DNA of 63,770 bases, the filler included, from Neophaeotheca triangularis (taxonomy: Eukaryota), in the NCBI GenBank assembly GCA_054600435.1. It is 4 parts of 4 records of this genome, joined end to end, with 100 filler letters (N's around TTAATTAATTAA, not from the genome) between each part and the next. Parts side by side here need not be neighbours in the genome. Positions count along the whole stretch, not along the records: positions 1 to 28,470 come from BAAIJX010000109.1; positions 28,571 to 55,797 come from BAAIJX010000110.1; 2 more parts are not named here. One strand, 5' to 3'. This document shows, piece by piece, positions 24,658-36,436 of this stretch (the stretch's first letter is position 1; each line of letters opens with the position of its first letter). The notes under the pieces are model-generated. The model ran no database searches. It had not been told where the DNA came from and saw only the letters and a program-made list of their open reading frames with translations. The translations under genes were made by a program, and so were the position numbers.

Positions 24658-26010
24658 TTTGAGTGGTGGGGAGATGAGAGTGGTACGTGTGGCAGGGATT
24701 TGTGGGCGTTTGGGTTGGGGCGTTCGTGGTGCGCGGCGCTGGATCATGATTTGCTTTGGTTGGATTTTCTTGTCGTTGTTGTTGGGCTAGGGACTTTTCA
24801 TGGCTGTGGGTCGCGGTTCCTGGGACTGGGGCTGCTGCGTGTTGAATGGGTCTCTTTGTTGAGCTGGTGAGTCCGCTTCCGGTCGCAGCAGGCTTTGTCC
24901 ATTGTTGCTCTCCTGAATGCTTTGTCAGAAGGGACAAGGCTTCAGGGCCAGGCACTGGGTGAGAGGCCTGCGGATCGTGCGTAGCAGGAGAAGTACCGGC
25001 GAGGAAACCTCGGACTACTGGCCACGCCGCACCTCTCCTCGAGACTCGCGGCGAGAGCTGCGAGGCGAGACAAAGTAAAAGTATCGCATGAATCTTGTAT
25101 TTTCTGCGGTGATCGCGTTTCTCCGTCGCAGCCCTACTCCAAAGGTCGTATCGAATGTTCCGACTCGAGCAAAGGCAAGAGGTGTACTTGAATATTATAC
25201 CCTCACTTACCTGCCACTCACTGTGTCAACGGTGAATCATAATGGCAATCCAGAGGCAACCTCATGACCAACAGACCTACCAATTCCTCCACGCAGCGTC
25301 GTCAGCCTATCCTACACCGCAACGCAAACCTATAGCCATGCAGCCAATGTACTATTACTTTGTTACCAAAGCAATACGATAATCAACTAAATCGTCGAGC
25401 AAGTTGTCAAGTCGGTCCTCGAAAGCACTTGAGTGAACAGTGTTCAGCCAGCGCACGAGCCACATTCCTCACCTTTTCCGGTACTTTACCAGGTTCAGAA
25501 TCCAAGTACCTCAGAAAGGAGGGAGGAAAGAGAAAAAAAAAAAAAAAAAAGAAAAAAACTCTAGTCCGCTCCCTGGGCCGACTGTTCAGCCCTAAGTCCA
25601 TGTAAAATTGTAAGTCGTCGATAATTAGCAATTACAACACCACCAAAACCGCGTGCGAGGCACCGCGGATCATCAGACCCGTCTGATTCTTGAACTGCCC
25701 AGTACCCGCGATCGCTTAGCACTTACTGACCTAGCAGAGGGCGCATGACCGGTAGTATGAAAAGACCCCGTCGTGAAGTCCCTGCCACACCAAACGCCAT
25801 AAACACGTCTTCCCGCTCGCTCGTTCGTTCACAGACGAGTCGCTTGTGGTGGTTTGAGATGGGAGAAAGCAAAAACGCCTTGAAACCGTCTAGCCATGTC
25901 CCGCCACCCATAATTCTCGCCATTTTGTGTCCTTGGCCTTTGCAAAACTCCCAGCGCCTGCCATTGCTCCATACTATGGGAGATCGCGTTGGTTTCTTTG
26001 CCGAGTCCGC

Positions 26011-27638
26011 TCACAGCCTGAGACCCGGCACGAAAATGAAAAGACAGCACAACGCGGCGTCGATGACGATAATCCAGGCGAGGCACATTAGCGCGCGTCG
26101 GTTGAGGAGTTTTCTACGGTCAAGTTTTGTCAGCTGGCTGCCATTATGAGGACTTGCGGATCAGGGTAGCGGGGCTCCACGTACCGCACGAATGGCTCCT
26201 TGATCCTGTTGAAGCGCATGAAAGTGTACTCGCTGTACCCGATCAATGCCATGAGCGGATCGAGCATGTATTGGTGGGAGAGGAGGAGGTAGAGGCCGAC
26301 TGTGAAGGGGAGGATGACCTGTGATGAGAGGGCATTTCGTTAGCAAGGTACTGACAACACGAATGTTGGTTCAATGGAGCCGGTTAGACGTACCGTGCAA
26401 CGAATTGCCCGTGAGCGATCGAGGAAGATGAGGATAAACCCCGTCCAGAAGCCGCCGAATAAGGCGACTAGGCCAACGATGAGTCTGAGCATCATCTTCG
26501 AGTCGTGAAATGTCAGCTTCACCCATTCTGCGGAGAATAGTCGTGGCGGCGCTTCGCCAGCGGTGTAGGAATTGACCACCGCCAAGTGGGAACTTACACT
26601 CGGCTGAACAAGATTCCCGAGCGCTTTGGCTCGCAGGAAACCGGGAAAAGCATCCCGCTCCATGGCTTGAAAGACGTAATCTTTGGCGCGGTCAAAGACT
26701 TCCGGGTCGTCGCGGCCTTCTTGCTCAATGGCTTTGGTGATGTCGTTCAGGACGCCTTGAGGGAGGATAATTTCGCGCTCGGCGCCCGGGAGGAGGTAGG
26801 TGTAAAGAATCTTCTCGGCGGAGGCCCGGATATCTTGACGCGCTACGGTGTGTTGGGGGGATTCTTGATGGGAGGAATTGTTGAAAGGGCTACTGCCGTT
26901 GCCGCTGTGGGACATGAAGGAGGGGCGGGGCGCCGCTGCTTCGAAGGAGTTCTTGCCGGCGCCGGGGCGGGAGGCTTGGGAGGAGGAGCGGTTCGAGGCT
27001 TTGCTGTTTTGGGGTGAGTGTTTGGAAGCGGAGGCATCGTCGTTGCGGAGGAAAGCGGACAGTCGGGCGTCGGAGCCGCGATGGGGGCGGTGCTCGGGGG
27101 TTTGTTGTTTGGGAGAGTCGCTGAAAGGGTTCTTGGCGCTGAGGTTGTCGCCTCCGGCATTCACGCCGCTGGGCCCTTGCTCTGTGGAGTCATACATGTC
27201 ATACATGTCAGTCGTGTTGGTGTTGTAGTTGTCGAGGATTTGCGACGAGCGTTTGCTGCCCCCTTTTTCGAGCTCTGGGGTGGACAAGAGGACAGAGCGA
27301 CGCAGTTCGCGGACATAGTGTCGACAGAGGGACATGTGTTGGGAGACATCGAGCCTGTATACACCATAACATTAGCATGTATCCTTGTTTACCTCACCTC
27401 GCCTCACCTCACTCTCCGGCTCCCAAATGTCTTTCTTGTATATTCCATACCAGAAGTCCAGATAATCCACACTCCTCTGCACATCTCTCATATAAATGTA
27501 GAAGCTGAATAGGTCCACGGGTGAGTACGTGCGGCGCGAAAGCACCTCAAACAGGTTGGGTAGACGCTCGCGATTGGCGCCATCGGGCGTGGGGGAGCGT
27601 TCGGCAATGTGCGAGCTGCCCTGCTTTTCCTTGAACAT
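26011..27638 (-). CDS. rax1: RGS-domain membrane protein, Rax1/RgsB-like, spliced
   Basis: RLPNLFEVLSRRTYSPVDLFSFYIYMRDVQRSVDYLDFW, SAEKILYTYLLPGAEREI, GRDDPEVFDRAKDYVFQAMERDAFPGFL; C-terminal TM helices ending IFVPGLRL. Confidence 0.9.
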
Positions 27639-28029
27639 GGTGTCGCCGTCGATGCCGCTTCGGGCAGGTATGTCGTGGGGGGAAGGTGAGTGATTGTCGC
27701 AGTGGAGTAGGAGGAAGACGAGGTGGAGGATAGTAAGGTGGTGAATGAATGTTGTCGCCGTCGTTGTCGTCGTCGGGAGATTTGGCGTGACATTGCGACG
27801 AGCCAATCGGCAGACAACGAACGACTAGGGTCGCCAAGCTTTACACTAGCGCGCGGAGCGATCCAACGCCCCCGCTGTTTTCAGGAACGGCCATGCTCGA
27901 TCACAACAACACGAATCAAACCAACCTTGGAAGATAGATGATTTATCAATGACGTTGTGTAGATAAGATTACAAGAACTACCACCACCACCACTACTACT
28001 ACTACTACTACTGCTACCACTGCCATTCC

Positions 28030-28385
28030 TCAAAGGGCCCTCGGCCAACTCTCCTCACTTCCACTCGCATTCACACTCCCCTGTCTACCCACATCACCCA
28101 TACCCCCACCCTCACCCTCACCCTCGCCACCTCCACCTCCTCCACTCCCCCTACTCAAAATAACCAACTCCCCATACCGCCCAAACAACCCCCTCTCCAC
28201 CCTAACCACAAACGGCAACTTGACCTGGGCAACACTCGCGCCCTCGCCAGCCAGCTCGCCCCTTAGCGCCCCTCCTGCAGCCAAACCCCCCACCCTCTGC
28301 TCCGGCGTCAACAAATCCTCAGCCCTAACCTCGACGAAGCTCGCGCTCCTGGGAATAGTCTTGACAGTCTTCCGCAGCGCGGGGT
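28030..28385 (-). CDS. Terminal exon of an unidentified gene truncated by the contig end
   Basis: Branch site/acceptor GCTAAC..CGCAG, then an open frame DPALRKTVKTIPRSASFVEVRAEDLL...VKLPFVVRVERGLFGRYGELVIL to a stop. Confidence 0.6.
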
Positions 28386-28470
28386 CTGCGAAAGCGTGTT
28401 AGCAATCCCAATGAAACCACGACAAGACGCATGAAAACAAGCTGAATCGATGAATCGGGGCGCGGGGGGG

Positions 28471-28570
28471 NNNNNNNNNNNNNNNNNNNNNNNNNNNNNN
28501 NNNNNNNNNNNNNNTTAATTAATTAANNNNNNNNNNNNNNNNNNNNNNNNNNNNNNNNNNNNNNNNNNNN
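28471..28570. other. Artificial contig linker (N44-TTAATTAATTAA-N44; stops in six frames)
   Basis: The same 100-nt structure recurs at 55798 and 62494. Confidence 0.97.
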
Positions 28571-29828
28571 GGGGGGGTTCTTCTCCCTCTTGGTCGGGAG
28601 TATAGATATTTCACACCGGCGAGTGGGGCGCGGGCTGGTCTAAGCTACGGGGCTAGGTACGGCTGGGCATTGGGGGAACCGTGGGTATCAGGTCTGAAAG
28701 CGGAAAAGAAGTGGAGGGCGGGGGGGGAAAGAGGGGAGCAGATGTTTGCTGCAAGGTATACGCGATGGCTTTGGGACGGGATGGTGTATGACTTGCTTGA
28801 TGTGTGTTTTCTTTTTCTTCTTCTGGCTTTTGGCTTGCGGCTTTTGGTATGTAGGTTAGTCCGGATCGGAGGTTTTGGTGTTGGGTAGGGTTAGGTTGTA
28901 TGCAGGAGGCCCCGGTCTCGTTTTGACTCTCAGTCTCTCACTTTTTTTTTCTTTTTTTTTTCCTTTCTTTCGCCCTTCTGCGAAGGTAGTGGTAGCTCGT
29001 GAGTCAGCTCGCTGTAGATTGCTTTGCTCCCGTCGTTCGTTCGATCGGTGCTCTTTTCTTTTCTTTTCTTTTTCCCCGGGGTTGGTTTTTGTCCAGTATT
29101 CGCGGTCGTCTAATCGGAGAGCTCACCGCGAGACATGGCTTGCTAACCGGTTAGTTGACGGGTGTTGGTATCTAGAGAAACCCCTGCGTAATGGTAACGA
29201 AAGCGGACGAGAGCCTCCGGGGGAGTGATGGGTATTGAGTCGATAAATATTGGGGGTGGGCGGGGGGGTTTTGCTCCCACTCCCTTGCAACTTTTGCCTT
29301 TCCCTCGCGAACTCGTTTGGTCATAGGGATGAGTTCTGGAAACCTGATGCCTGACATTGCCTGAGGCAAGTCTGCTGCTCACAGCGATCTTCACTTCAAC
29401 GAGCTGTGGATGTTCCAGCGTCACGCGGGGGGGAGAAAAGAAAAAAGAAACCAGCGTCGATACATTGCAAGCGATGCGCAACGGTCAATCATTATCATCA
29501 TGAATACACAATTTCTGTATAGCGAGCTCACTTTCCCGTGAAGCCGCGCCCTCTCCAGAGAAAAGAAAAAAGTGCTAGTATCGGGGTATCCTCCAAAATC
29601 TCGGGAAAAAAAAGTGTCATCAAGGACAAGGCCAGACCAGACTAGACGAAACCGGCTTGTCTTGGTGAATCTCTCGTGCAAACGCCTCGCATGCATGCAC
29701 CGCCAATCTTAGACATCAAGCGTGAAGAAAGAAAAGAAACACCACCCGCTCCTTTCCCTTTGCAACACCTCACCCATTCTAAACCCTCACAACCCGTCCC
29801 TCCCTCCCTCCACATACCCCACTCCGCC

Positions 29829-30842
29829 TCAGCGCCATAGGTCTCCTACCCCTTTACCCCCGACCGCCCTCTGCAAACCCCAAACCCCACTCCCCAACCC
29901 GTTCCCCGCAACACCCACGGCCAACTCAAAGCCGAGCAAAAAACAAACCCCCACCTCCAACCTCAAAAGCTGCTCCCCGCCCACCCCGCCCACTCTCGCG
30001 AAAAAGGCCTGCTCCCATTTGTAGTCCTCGAGAGTTTTGGCGGAAATGCGGATAGCGGCGAGGGCGAGGCGGTGGATGGTTCGGGGTGTGGGGGGCACGA
30101 GGGGAGAGGGGTGGGTGGTGTTTGGGAGGCAGAGGGCTCGCAAGTGTACGGCCGCGGCTAGGTAGACGGCGGGGGAGTGCGGGCAGTAGGTGTGGAGGCG
30201 GTGGAGGTAGGCGGAGAGGGTGAAGGAGGGCGGGGTGCGGGAGAAGAAGCGGCGGGCGATTTGGGGGTTTGGGCATGAGTCTGGGGTGGGTGTGGTTGTG
30301 ATTGTGGGTGTTGAGGGACTGGTGATTAATGGGTAATTTGGGTTTGGACGTGGGGAGAGGTTGGAGAAGAAGGGGTTTTGGGCGGGTTCGGTTTTGGGTG
30401 TCGAGGGACGTGTTACGGGGGGTGTGGGTGGGACGTCGCCGGTTTGGTTGGAGAGGGCCGTTAGAGCGTTGATTAGCATCCGTAGGGCTGCGAGGGAGGA
30501 GACGGAGTGGATGTCCCAGTCTTCGCTTTGGCAGACGATGGGGTCGTCGGTTTTGTGGGTTGTCGGTCCGTCGTAGTCGTAGTCGTTGATGGAGCCGGCT
30601 TGAGCATCGGCGTCGGGGTTTGGTGGTGGAGGCGGCGAGGCTCCTGCGACAGCTTGCGGTGACGCATTTTCCATGGATTCGAACTGTCCGAGGGGGGGTG
30701 GAGGGACAGCTAGGGTGTCTGTCTGTGTCATCCGTGGCCCATGGGGGGTTGAGAGTCGTCTTGGAAGCTCCGGGCAGCTGGAGCGATGGTCTTGCAGGGG
30801 TACGAGGGGATGCAGGCTGGCATGTAAGACTGCGCCGGGCAT
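29829..30842 (-). CDS. Pho80/Pcl-family cyclin
   Basis: RRFFSRTPPSFTLSAYLHRLHTYCPHSPAVYL, IHRLALAAIRISAKTLED, ARVGGV...LLRLEV..CFLLGFEL; start uncertain. Confidence 0.85.
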   Translation of the reverse strand: MPGAVLHASLHPLVPLQDHRSSCPELPRRLSTPHGPRMTQTDTLAVPPPPLGQFESMENASPQAVAGASPPPPPNPDADAQAGSINDYDYDGPTTHKTDDPIVCQSEDWDIHSVSSLAALRMLINALTALSNQTGDVPPTPPVTRPSTPKTEPAQNPFFSNLSPRPNPNYPLITSPSTPTITTTPTPDSCPNPQIARRFFSRTPPSFTLSAYLHRLHTYCPHSPAVYLAAAVHLRALCLPNTTHPSPLVPPTPRTIHRLALAAIRISAKTLEDYKWEQAFFARVGGVGGEQLLRLEVGVCFLLGFELAVGVAGNGLGSGVWGLQRAVGGKGVGDLWR

Positions 30843-31177
30843 GCGCTCAGAGGGCACATGTCATGCAAAGGGAGTCTCATGCGAAGAGAGAGGGGGGAGG
30901 GAGGGAGGGAGGGAGTGCTGCTGCTTCTACTCGTCGGTAGTAGATCGGCTAATAAGTTGTAAGGGTAGGTAGCAAGGTAGATATGTATAAGAAAATGGAA
31001 TTCCTACTTCAAAGAACGGGCAAAGGGTCCAGCCAGCGACATGACATGATTAGTAGAGTGGGGTCGTTGTCTCGTCTCGTCTCGTCTCGTCTCGTCGCTT
31101 CATCGGCAAAACTGCCCACACTTGTCCTCTTCCGGCCTTTCCAACGACCCCAAGGTTTCGAGCCAATCTTGACCTCA

Positions 31178-31196
31178 CTACTACTACTTGCACTTG

Positions 31197-31244
<48 letters not shown>

Positions 31245-31272
31245 CACTACCACTACCACTACCACTTGTACT
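31178..31272. repeat. (CTA/CCA)n trinucleotide microsatellite
   Basis: Visible. Confidence 0.9.
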
Positions 31273-31574
31273 AGTAGACTACCTCTTCGCCCCCCATCCA
31301 GAAAGCGCCACTTTGCATCCTTCCCGAGGGTAAGGTCCTGCAGAAAACCTCCATGGATGAGGTTGACATAGCACCACCCCTTAGCCCCATCGGGCCGTAG
31401 CTTCCATGCCTCGACCAAGGGAGAACTACTGCAGGTGCAGGGCCACTTGGGCCAGTCCGAGCAGCTCTTAGGATCCCGTCGTGGGTTCATCTTCTCTTAG
31501 CTTCACCATCACCAAGTCGCACGAGGTCCTCTTCTGTGGAGCTGCTACTGTACATATTACATTGCGCCCTGAGC

Positions 31575-31605
31575 TAGGTAGGTAGGTAGGTAGGTAGGTA
31601 GGTAG
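31575..31605. repeat. (TAGG)n microsatellite
   Basis: Visible. Confidence 0.9.
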
Positions 31606-31800
31606 ATAGATAATAAGATAGATACTTAGGTCCACCGTCTGTAATCCGCCCGAGAGCGAGACACATACGCCCACCTCCTCTAAGCAACGAAACCCTCGGC
31701 GATGGGTCCCAAGCGACGAGCCCACCTCACTAACCTCACACCCGCAGCCTCCGTGCAATACCCTCCCTTAGCAAAACCCCTCGCTCACAGTACGTGCAAC

Positions 31801-34800
31801 TTAACCCGTCGCCCTCGCCCTCGTCCGCGCAGTGCTACGACGGGGTTTGACGACCTCTTCTTCGCTTTCGTCGCCACTGTCCTCACCCTCACCTCCACCG
31901 CCATTGTCGTTGTCATCGTTTTCGTTCTCGTTCTCATCGTCGTCCCCATCCCCATCTTCATCATCCTCATCCCCCCCAGCACCGCCCGCAAAAAACCGAC
32001 TCCTAATCCCCCTCCCCTTCCCTCTCTGCGTGTCTTTGCCAGCACCAACAACACTAGAACGAGTACTCCTCTGCTGCTGCTGCTGCTGCTGCTGCCGCCG
32101 CCGCCGTTTCGCAGGCGAGACGACAACTTTAGGAGACACAGCCGCGGTGTTGACAGTCCTCCGGGACCTTACCCCTCCAGGCGTGGATCCGGGAGACGGA
32201 GTGGGAGCTTCGGACTCGTGGGTTGAGAGGGCAGAGGAAGCTGGGGAGGGGTCTCGGTCGTCGTCTGTGCCGTTTTCTGCTGAGATTGAGGGGGCTGTCG
32301 AGGATGTGGGAGTTGGCGAGGGAGCTTTGGTGGGTTTGCGGCGGGAGGTTGTGGTTTTACGGGTGGGTGTTGGCATCGGTTTGGGTTTGGGCTTGGGCTC
32401 GGGCTTGGGCTTGTTGGCGCTTGAAGCTGCGGAGCGACGGGGTTTCTTGACCGGGAGAGAGGGCTCGGGCTCGAGGTCTTCTTCGTCATCTTCGTTGTCG
32501 TCGACATCTGCGCCTTCTTCGTCATCGTGCTCGTTCTCATCGGCTTCGTCTTCGGCCGTTGCGGCCTTGTGTCTCGATTGCAGCGACACCGGCGTGACGG
32601 TAGCGTGGCTTTTCTTAGCGGCGGTTGGGCCGCTAGTATTGCTATCGTCGGGGTTTTCCTCGACAAGAAAACCTCCGCCGACCATCTCGGTGTCTTCGTC
32701 CTCGGCATCCGGCAAAAATCCACCAGCACCCTCCTCTCCACCGTTGCCCTCGCCACGGCCTTTTCTCGTCTGCGGCACCTCCTCTTCATCATGGCCGGGA
32801 AGGAAGAAACCGCCACCACCCTCCTCCTCGTCAACCCCACTGCCTTCCACTCCAACCTTCCTTCCCTCCCTCTCCGCCTTCTTAACAAAAGGATTACTCT
32901 CCCCACCCCCATCCCCAAGCTCCGAATACTCCTCCCGCATCCTCTCCACAATTCTCAACCCCATCAGCATCTTCCGCCACCAATGCAAACTCAACCCCCT
33001 CCTCTTCTCATCCTCCTTGCGCCTGACTTCCTTCTGCTCGGTCCGCCAAGCATCCCTCACCAACTCCTCATGCTCCTCAGCAACAACCACACCCGTCAAA
33101 ACGGGAACAGCCCGCTGCTTCCCAAACTCAAACCCCGTGCACGCTTCCGCATAATCGATATCAAGCTTGCGGCAAAGCTTCGCGCTGCCCTTGAGAGGCA
33201 AGTGTACAGCACCCTCGGGCACCATGGTGGGGACGTAGACGTCCATGTTGCCGAAAGCGTTCTTGGGGATTTTGCCATCGACTATGGGCGGCGGGATGAT
33301 CCAATCGGTCTGTTCGCGGGAGTACAGACCTTGTTTAAGAGCTTCGCCGGTCTCACGCTTGGCGTCTTCCATTTCGCGCTTGCGGACGAGAGTGACGGCG
33401 CGCATGGGGACGTACTTCATGGGCTGCTGGGCAGGTTTGAGAGCGCGGCCTTCTTTGTGCCAGGACTCGACGGTTTTGCAGACGACCACGTCGGAGCGCT
33501 TGTAGACGGGGTGAGTTTTGGCTTTGTCGCCTTTGCCGGCGGTAAAACTGCGGACGGGCTTGGCTGAGGGGAGGATGGCTTCTTCGCGCCGGAGGTGGTG
33601 TTCTAGCACGTAGTCGGCCGATTGCTTGTACCATTGGAGACTTTCCTTTTCGACCTCCTTTTTCTCGTCGGCGGGTTTGAAAGGCTTAAGCTCGGTTTGC
33701 TCTTCTAGATCGTCGGCGGCCGAGCGTTTGTTCGAAGGGCGAGTGTAACCTGACATGACGGTTTTGAACCAGTCGTATTCTTCATACTTGCGTATTTTGC
33801 CTTTGCGGTTGTAGATTGGGATTCTTTCCGGTCCGACGCGGAGACCTTTGGTTTTGCCTGGGAGCTGATGCTTCTTAAGATAGCGGACTGTGACGTCTTT
33901 GGCGGTTCCATCCGAGGCGTGTGCGATGGTGTAGCAAATGACTTGTTTTGCCTTTTCAGCTTTTTTGCCTCGTGGCTCAAAAGTTAAGAGGAGCTCGGCG
34001 TTGGAAGCAATGGTGTTGAGAACGACGGGATCGACAGGGATGTAAGTGTTGGAGACTGGTGAAAGAACCTCAGCCCAGTAGTTGGGAAAGGCCATGTCGC
34101 GGTCATACTTCTTGTTGGGCTTCATCGACTTGGTTGCAGGCGTGACATCAACAACCGAGGCATCATCTTCTTCATCTTCACCGTTGGCATTGTCAGAATC
34201 GCTGAGCTCACTAAGCTCGCTATCAGACTCCTCCAAATTGATGGGCTGGCTCTTATTGCCTCTGCCAGATTTCCTCGAAGGCTTCTCCTCCTTTATCTTG
34301 CCATTGGCCTTCTTTCCCGACGATTTCTCTACGCCTTTCGACGTCCTTCTAGAACCACCCTTCTCCGGCGTTGCCCCCTTCACTTCCTCATCCTCCTCAC
34401 TCTCCAAATTCACAACCTCAGACTTCTTCTCTTTTTTCGTCTTCCTCACATCCGCATCCTCCCCTTTACTCCACCCGATCCCAATCGGCTGCAAATTGGC
34501 AACCAACCTCGTCTCAACCCCCAAACCCCTCAACAAAGCCACAAACAGCTGTGCCCCAACATCCCTACTGCCCTCACACTGCCTCGCAGCCTTCCGAAAC
34601 TGCTCCTTGGACTCAATCCTCTCCCCATACTCCTCTTGATCGTCCTTGTGACCCTGCCATCCGCGAATCTCATCCCTCAACCTCTTCAACGGCATATACC
34701 CCTGCTTCCTCAACCCGGGCGCAGTAACAGTAAAACGCTTCTTCCAGTACGCGGTCAAAATCTTCAACAACCTAAGTAAAGGATCGCCACGACTGAGATC

Positions 34801-35643
34801 CGGCACGCCCGCCTCCTGGAACTTGGCATCCGCGCCCCAATCCCTACCCTTTCCCTTGCCCTTCCGTCCCCCCTTCTTCTTGACCCTCTCCTCCTTCCTC
34901 CCCTCCAGTTCCCTCTCGCTCAAAACCCCCATACTCTCTCTCCACCTCTTAACCTCATCCTTGACCCCCACACTCAACCCCTCAACAAGCACTCTCTGCA
35001 CTTCCCCATCATTGAGCCAAGAATTCCTCACAGCATTATGCCACATCAAACTCTGCACGTGCAAGCAATGCGTCAAGACCCTCGTCGCCCTCTCCTTCTT
35101 ACTCGGGCCCTTCTTTCCCGTGGCAGCAGAAACAAGCGGCGCCGTATAAGCGCTCCCATCATCATTAAGCGTAATGTTGACGTCCGCGATCTCCTGCTGT
35201 TCACGAGGCGGGGCGGTTTCAGAGGGTTCGGCACCCATGGCGTCTTCGAATTGCATATCTTCATCGTCGCTCTCGTCGTCGTCGTCATCGTCGTCTGCTT
35301 CTGTATCAAGGGCGAGCCTCCTCTTCTTGCCGGCTGGCTCCACGTCCTCAAATTGATCACTCCCCAAATCGCTCAACTCGCTATCCTCACCCTCATCCTC
35401 ATCCTCACCCCCTTTCCCCCCACCAAGCCGATCAAGCAAAGCCTTGTTCTCCGCCTTCGACCTTGCTTTCCCTAGAGGCGTGTCTACCGCATCGAAAAGC
35501 GTGGGTTTCGGCTTCTTGCCAGCAGCAGCCGTAGGTTTCGCAGAAGAAGAAGAAGAAGATTTGGTCTTGGCTTTCTTGTTGGGAGAAGGGGGATCGTCGG
35601 GGGTCGGGGAGCGGTCGCGTTTGCGGAAACTGGTCGGAGGCAT
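31801..35643 (-). CDS. RAD4: DNA repair protein Rad4/XPC family
   Basis: GSRDVGAQLFVALLRGLG, YWAEV, AKDVTVRY, YVLEHHLRREE, IPKNAFGNMDVY, DYAEACTGFEF; 1280-aa ORF. Confidence 0.93.
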   Translation of the reverse strand: MPPTSFRKRDRSPTPDDPPSPNKKAKTKSSSSSSAKPTAAAGKKPKPTLFDAVDTPLGKARSKAENKALLDRLGGGKGGEDEDEGEDSELSDLGSDQFEDVEPAGKKRRLALDTEADDDDDDDESDDEDMQFEDAMGAEPSETAPPREQQEIADVNITLNDDGSAYTAPLVSAATGKKGPSKKERATRVLTHCLHVQSLMWHNAVRNSWLNDGEVQRVLVEGLSVGVKDEVKRWRESMGVLSERELEGRKEERVKKKGGRKGKGKGRDWGADAKFQEAGVPDLSRGDPLLRLLKILTAYWKKRFTVTAPGLRKQGYMPLKRLRDEIRGWQGHKDDQEEYGERIESKEQFRKAARQCEGSRDVGAQLFVALLRGLGVETRLVANLQPIGIGWSKGEDADVRKTKKEKKSEVVNLESEEDEEVKGATPEKGGSRRTSKGVEKSSGKKANGKIKEEKPSRKSGRGNKSQPINLEESDSELSELSDSDNANGEDEEDDASVVDVTPATKSMKPNKKYDRDMAFPNYWAEVLSPVSNTYIPVDPVVLNTIASNAELLLTFEPRGKKAEKAKQVICYTIAHASDGTAKDVTVRYLKKHQLPGKTKGLRVGPERIPIYNRKGKIRKYEEYDWFKTVMSGYTRPSNKRSAADDLEEQTELKPFKPADEKKEVEKESLQWYKQSADYVLEHHLRREEAILPSAKPVRSFTAGKGDKAKTHPVYKRSDVVVCKTVESWHKEGRALKPAQQPMKYVPMRAVTLVRKREMEDAKRETGEALKQGLYSREQTDWIIPPPIVDGKIPKNAFGNMDVYVPTMVPEGAVHLPLKGSAKLCRKLDIDYAEACTGFEFGKQRAVPVLTGVVVAEEHEELVRDAWRTEQKEVRRKEDEKRRGLSLHWWRKMLMGLRIVERMREEYSELGDGGGESNPFVKKAEREGRKVGVEGSGVDEEEGGGGFFLPGHDEEEVPQTRKGRGEGNGGEEGAGGFLPDAEDEDTEMVGGGFLVEENPDDSNTSGPTAAKKSHATVTPVSLQSRHKAATAEDEADENEHDDEEGADVDDNEDDEEDLEPEPSLPVKKPRRSAASSANKPKPEPKPKPKPMPTPTRKTTTSRRKPTKAPSPTPTSSTAPSISAENGTDDDRDPSPASSALSTHESEAPTPSPGSTPGGVRSRRTVNTAAVSPKVVVSPAKRRRRQQQQQQQQRSTRSSVVGAGKDTQRGKGRGIRSRFFAGGAGGDEDDEDGDGDDDENENENDDNDNGGGGEGEDSGDESEEEVVKPRRSTARTRARATG

Positions 35644-36436
35644 GTTGGGGACTGCGGGTGACGAGGTTGTGGTGGTGGGCGAAAAGTGTGCGGGAGGAAC
35701 GAGTCGGGTTGGGTTGGGAGTGTTGTTACATTGTTGGGCTAGAGTTGGATATTACAGGCATAGGAGAGTTAGGGGGAAGGGAGAGTGTGGTTGGAGTGTT
35801 TCTATCTAACGCGAAACTCAGGCAGGCATTAGGCTGGTACCTAAGGTAGGTAGAAAGAGACGGGAAAGCGACTCTCTATGACGTTGCTGCTGAATGACTT
35901 TAAGGTTACTGTATTAGCGCGATCTGTTCCTGAGCTTGCGTTGTCAGATCTGGATCGAGATGGAGGTGCCGATGGGCATGACAAACTCGAGTCAAGACAT
36001 GCAAGGTATAAGTTACCTTACTTCCAGGTTGCCTTCGATACCTCCCTCCGCACATGAAAGACCGTAAGCGCATTGCCTGGGAGGCCAAACCATGTTTTTA
36101 GGACTGATCTTTTGCTTTCGTATTCGCCATTACCATTCCAAAAAGCTCCAGCTATCTCATCCGTCCGTGGGTACATAGTATCTAGAAAAGCTAGCAACCT
36201 CAAAGCCACCTAAATCCAAGGGTTCCGCGAGATCAACGACATCACATCTCCACTTTCCTCGCTCCCCTCATTCCAGGTATTTGATACATAGCTACACATG
36301 CCATCGACACGCTCAAGCGAAATCATGCCTCTCCCCTATCCCGACCCTTCTCGGCACCGCCTACACCTCTCCTCTAGGTAGCGACAACACCCTAGACACA
36401 CGAAATCAGCCGTCAAAACCCCTGCAAGAATTTTAC

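Noticed and set aside
28515..28526. TTAATTAATTAA palindromes (also inside the other two gaps)
   Set aside because: Synthetic linker, not biological
31050..31490. Poly-Val / poly-Leu ORFs
   Set aside because: Microsatellite translations
31832..33567. Long ORFs antisense to RAD4
   Set aside because: Shadows of low-complexity coding sequence
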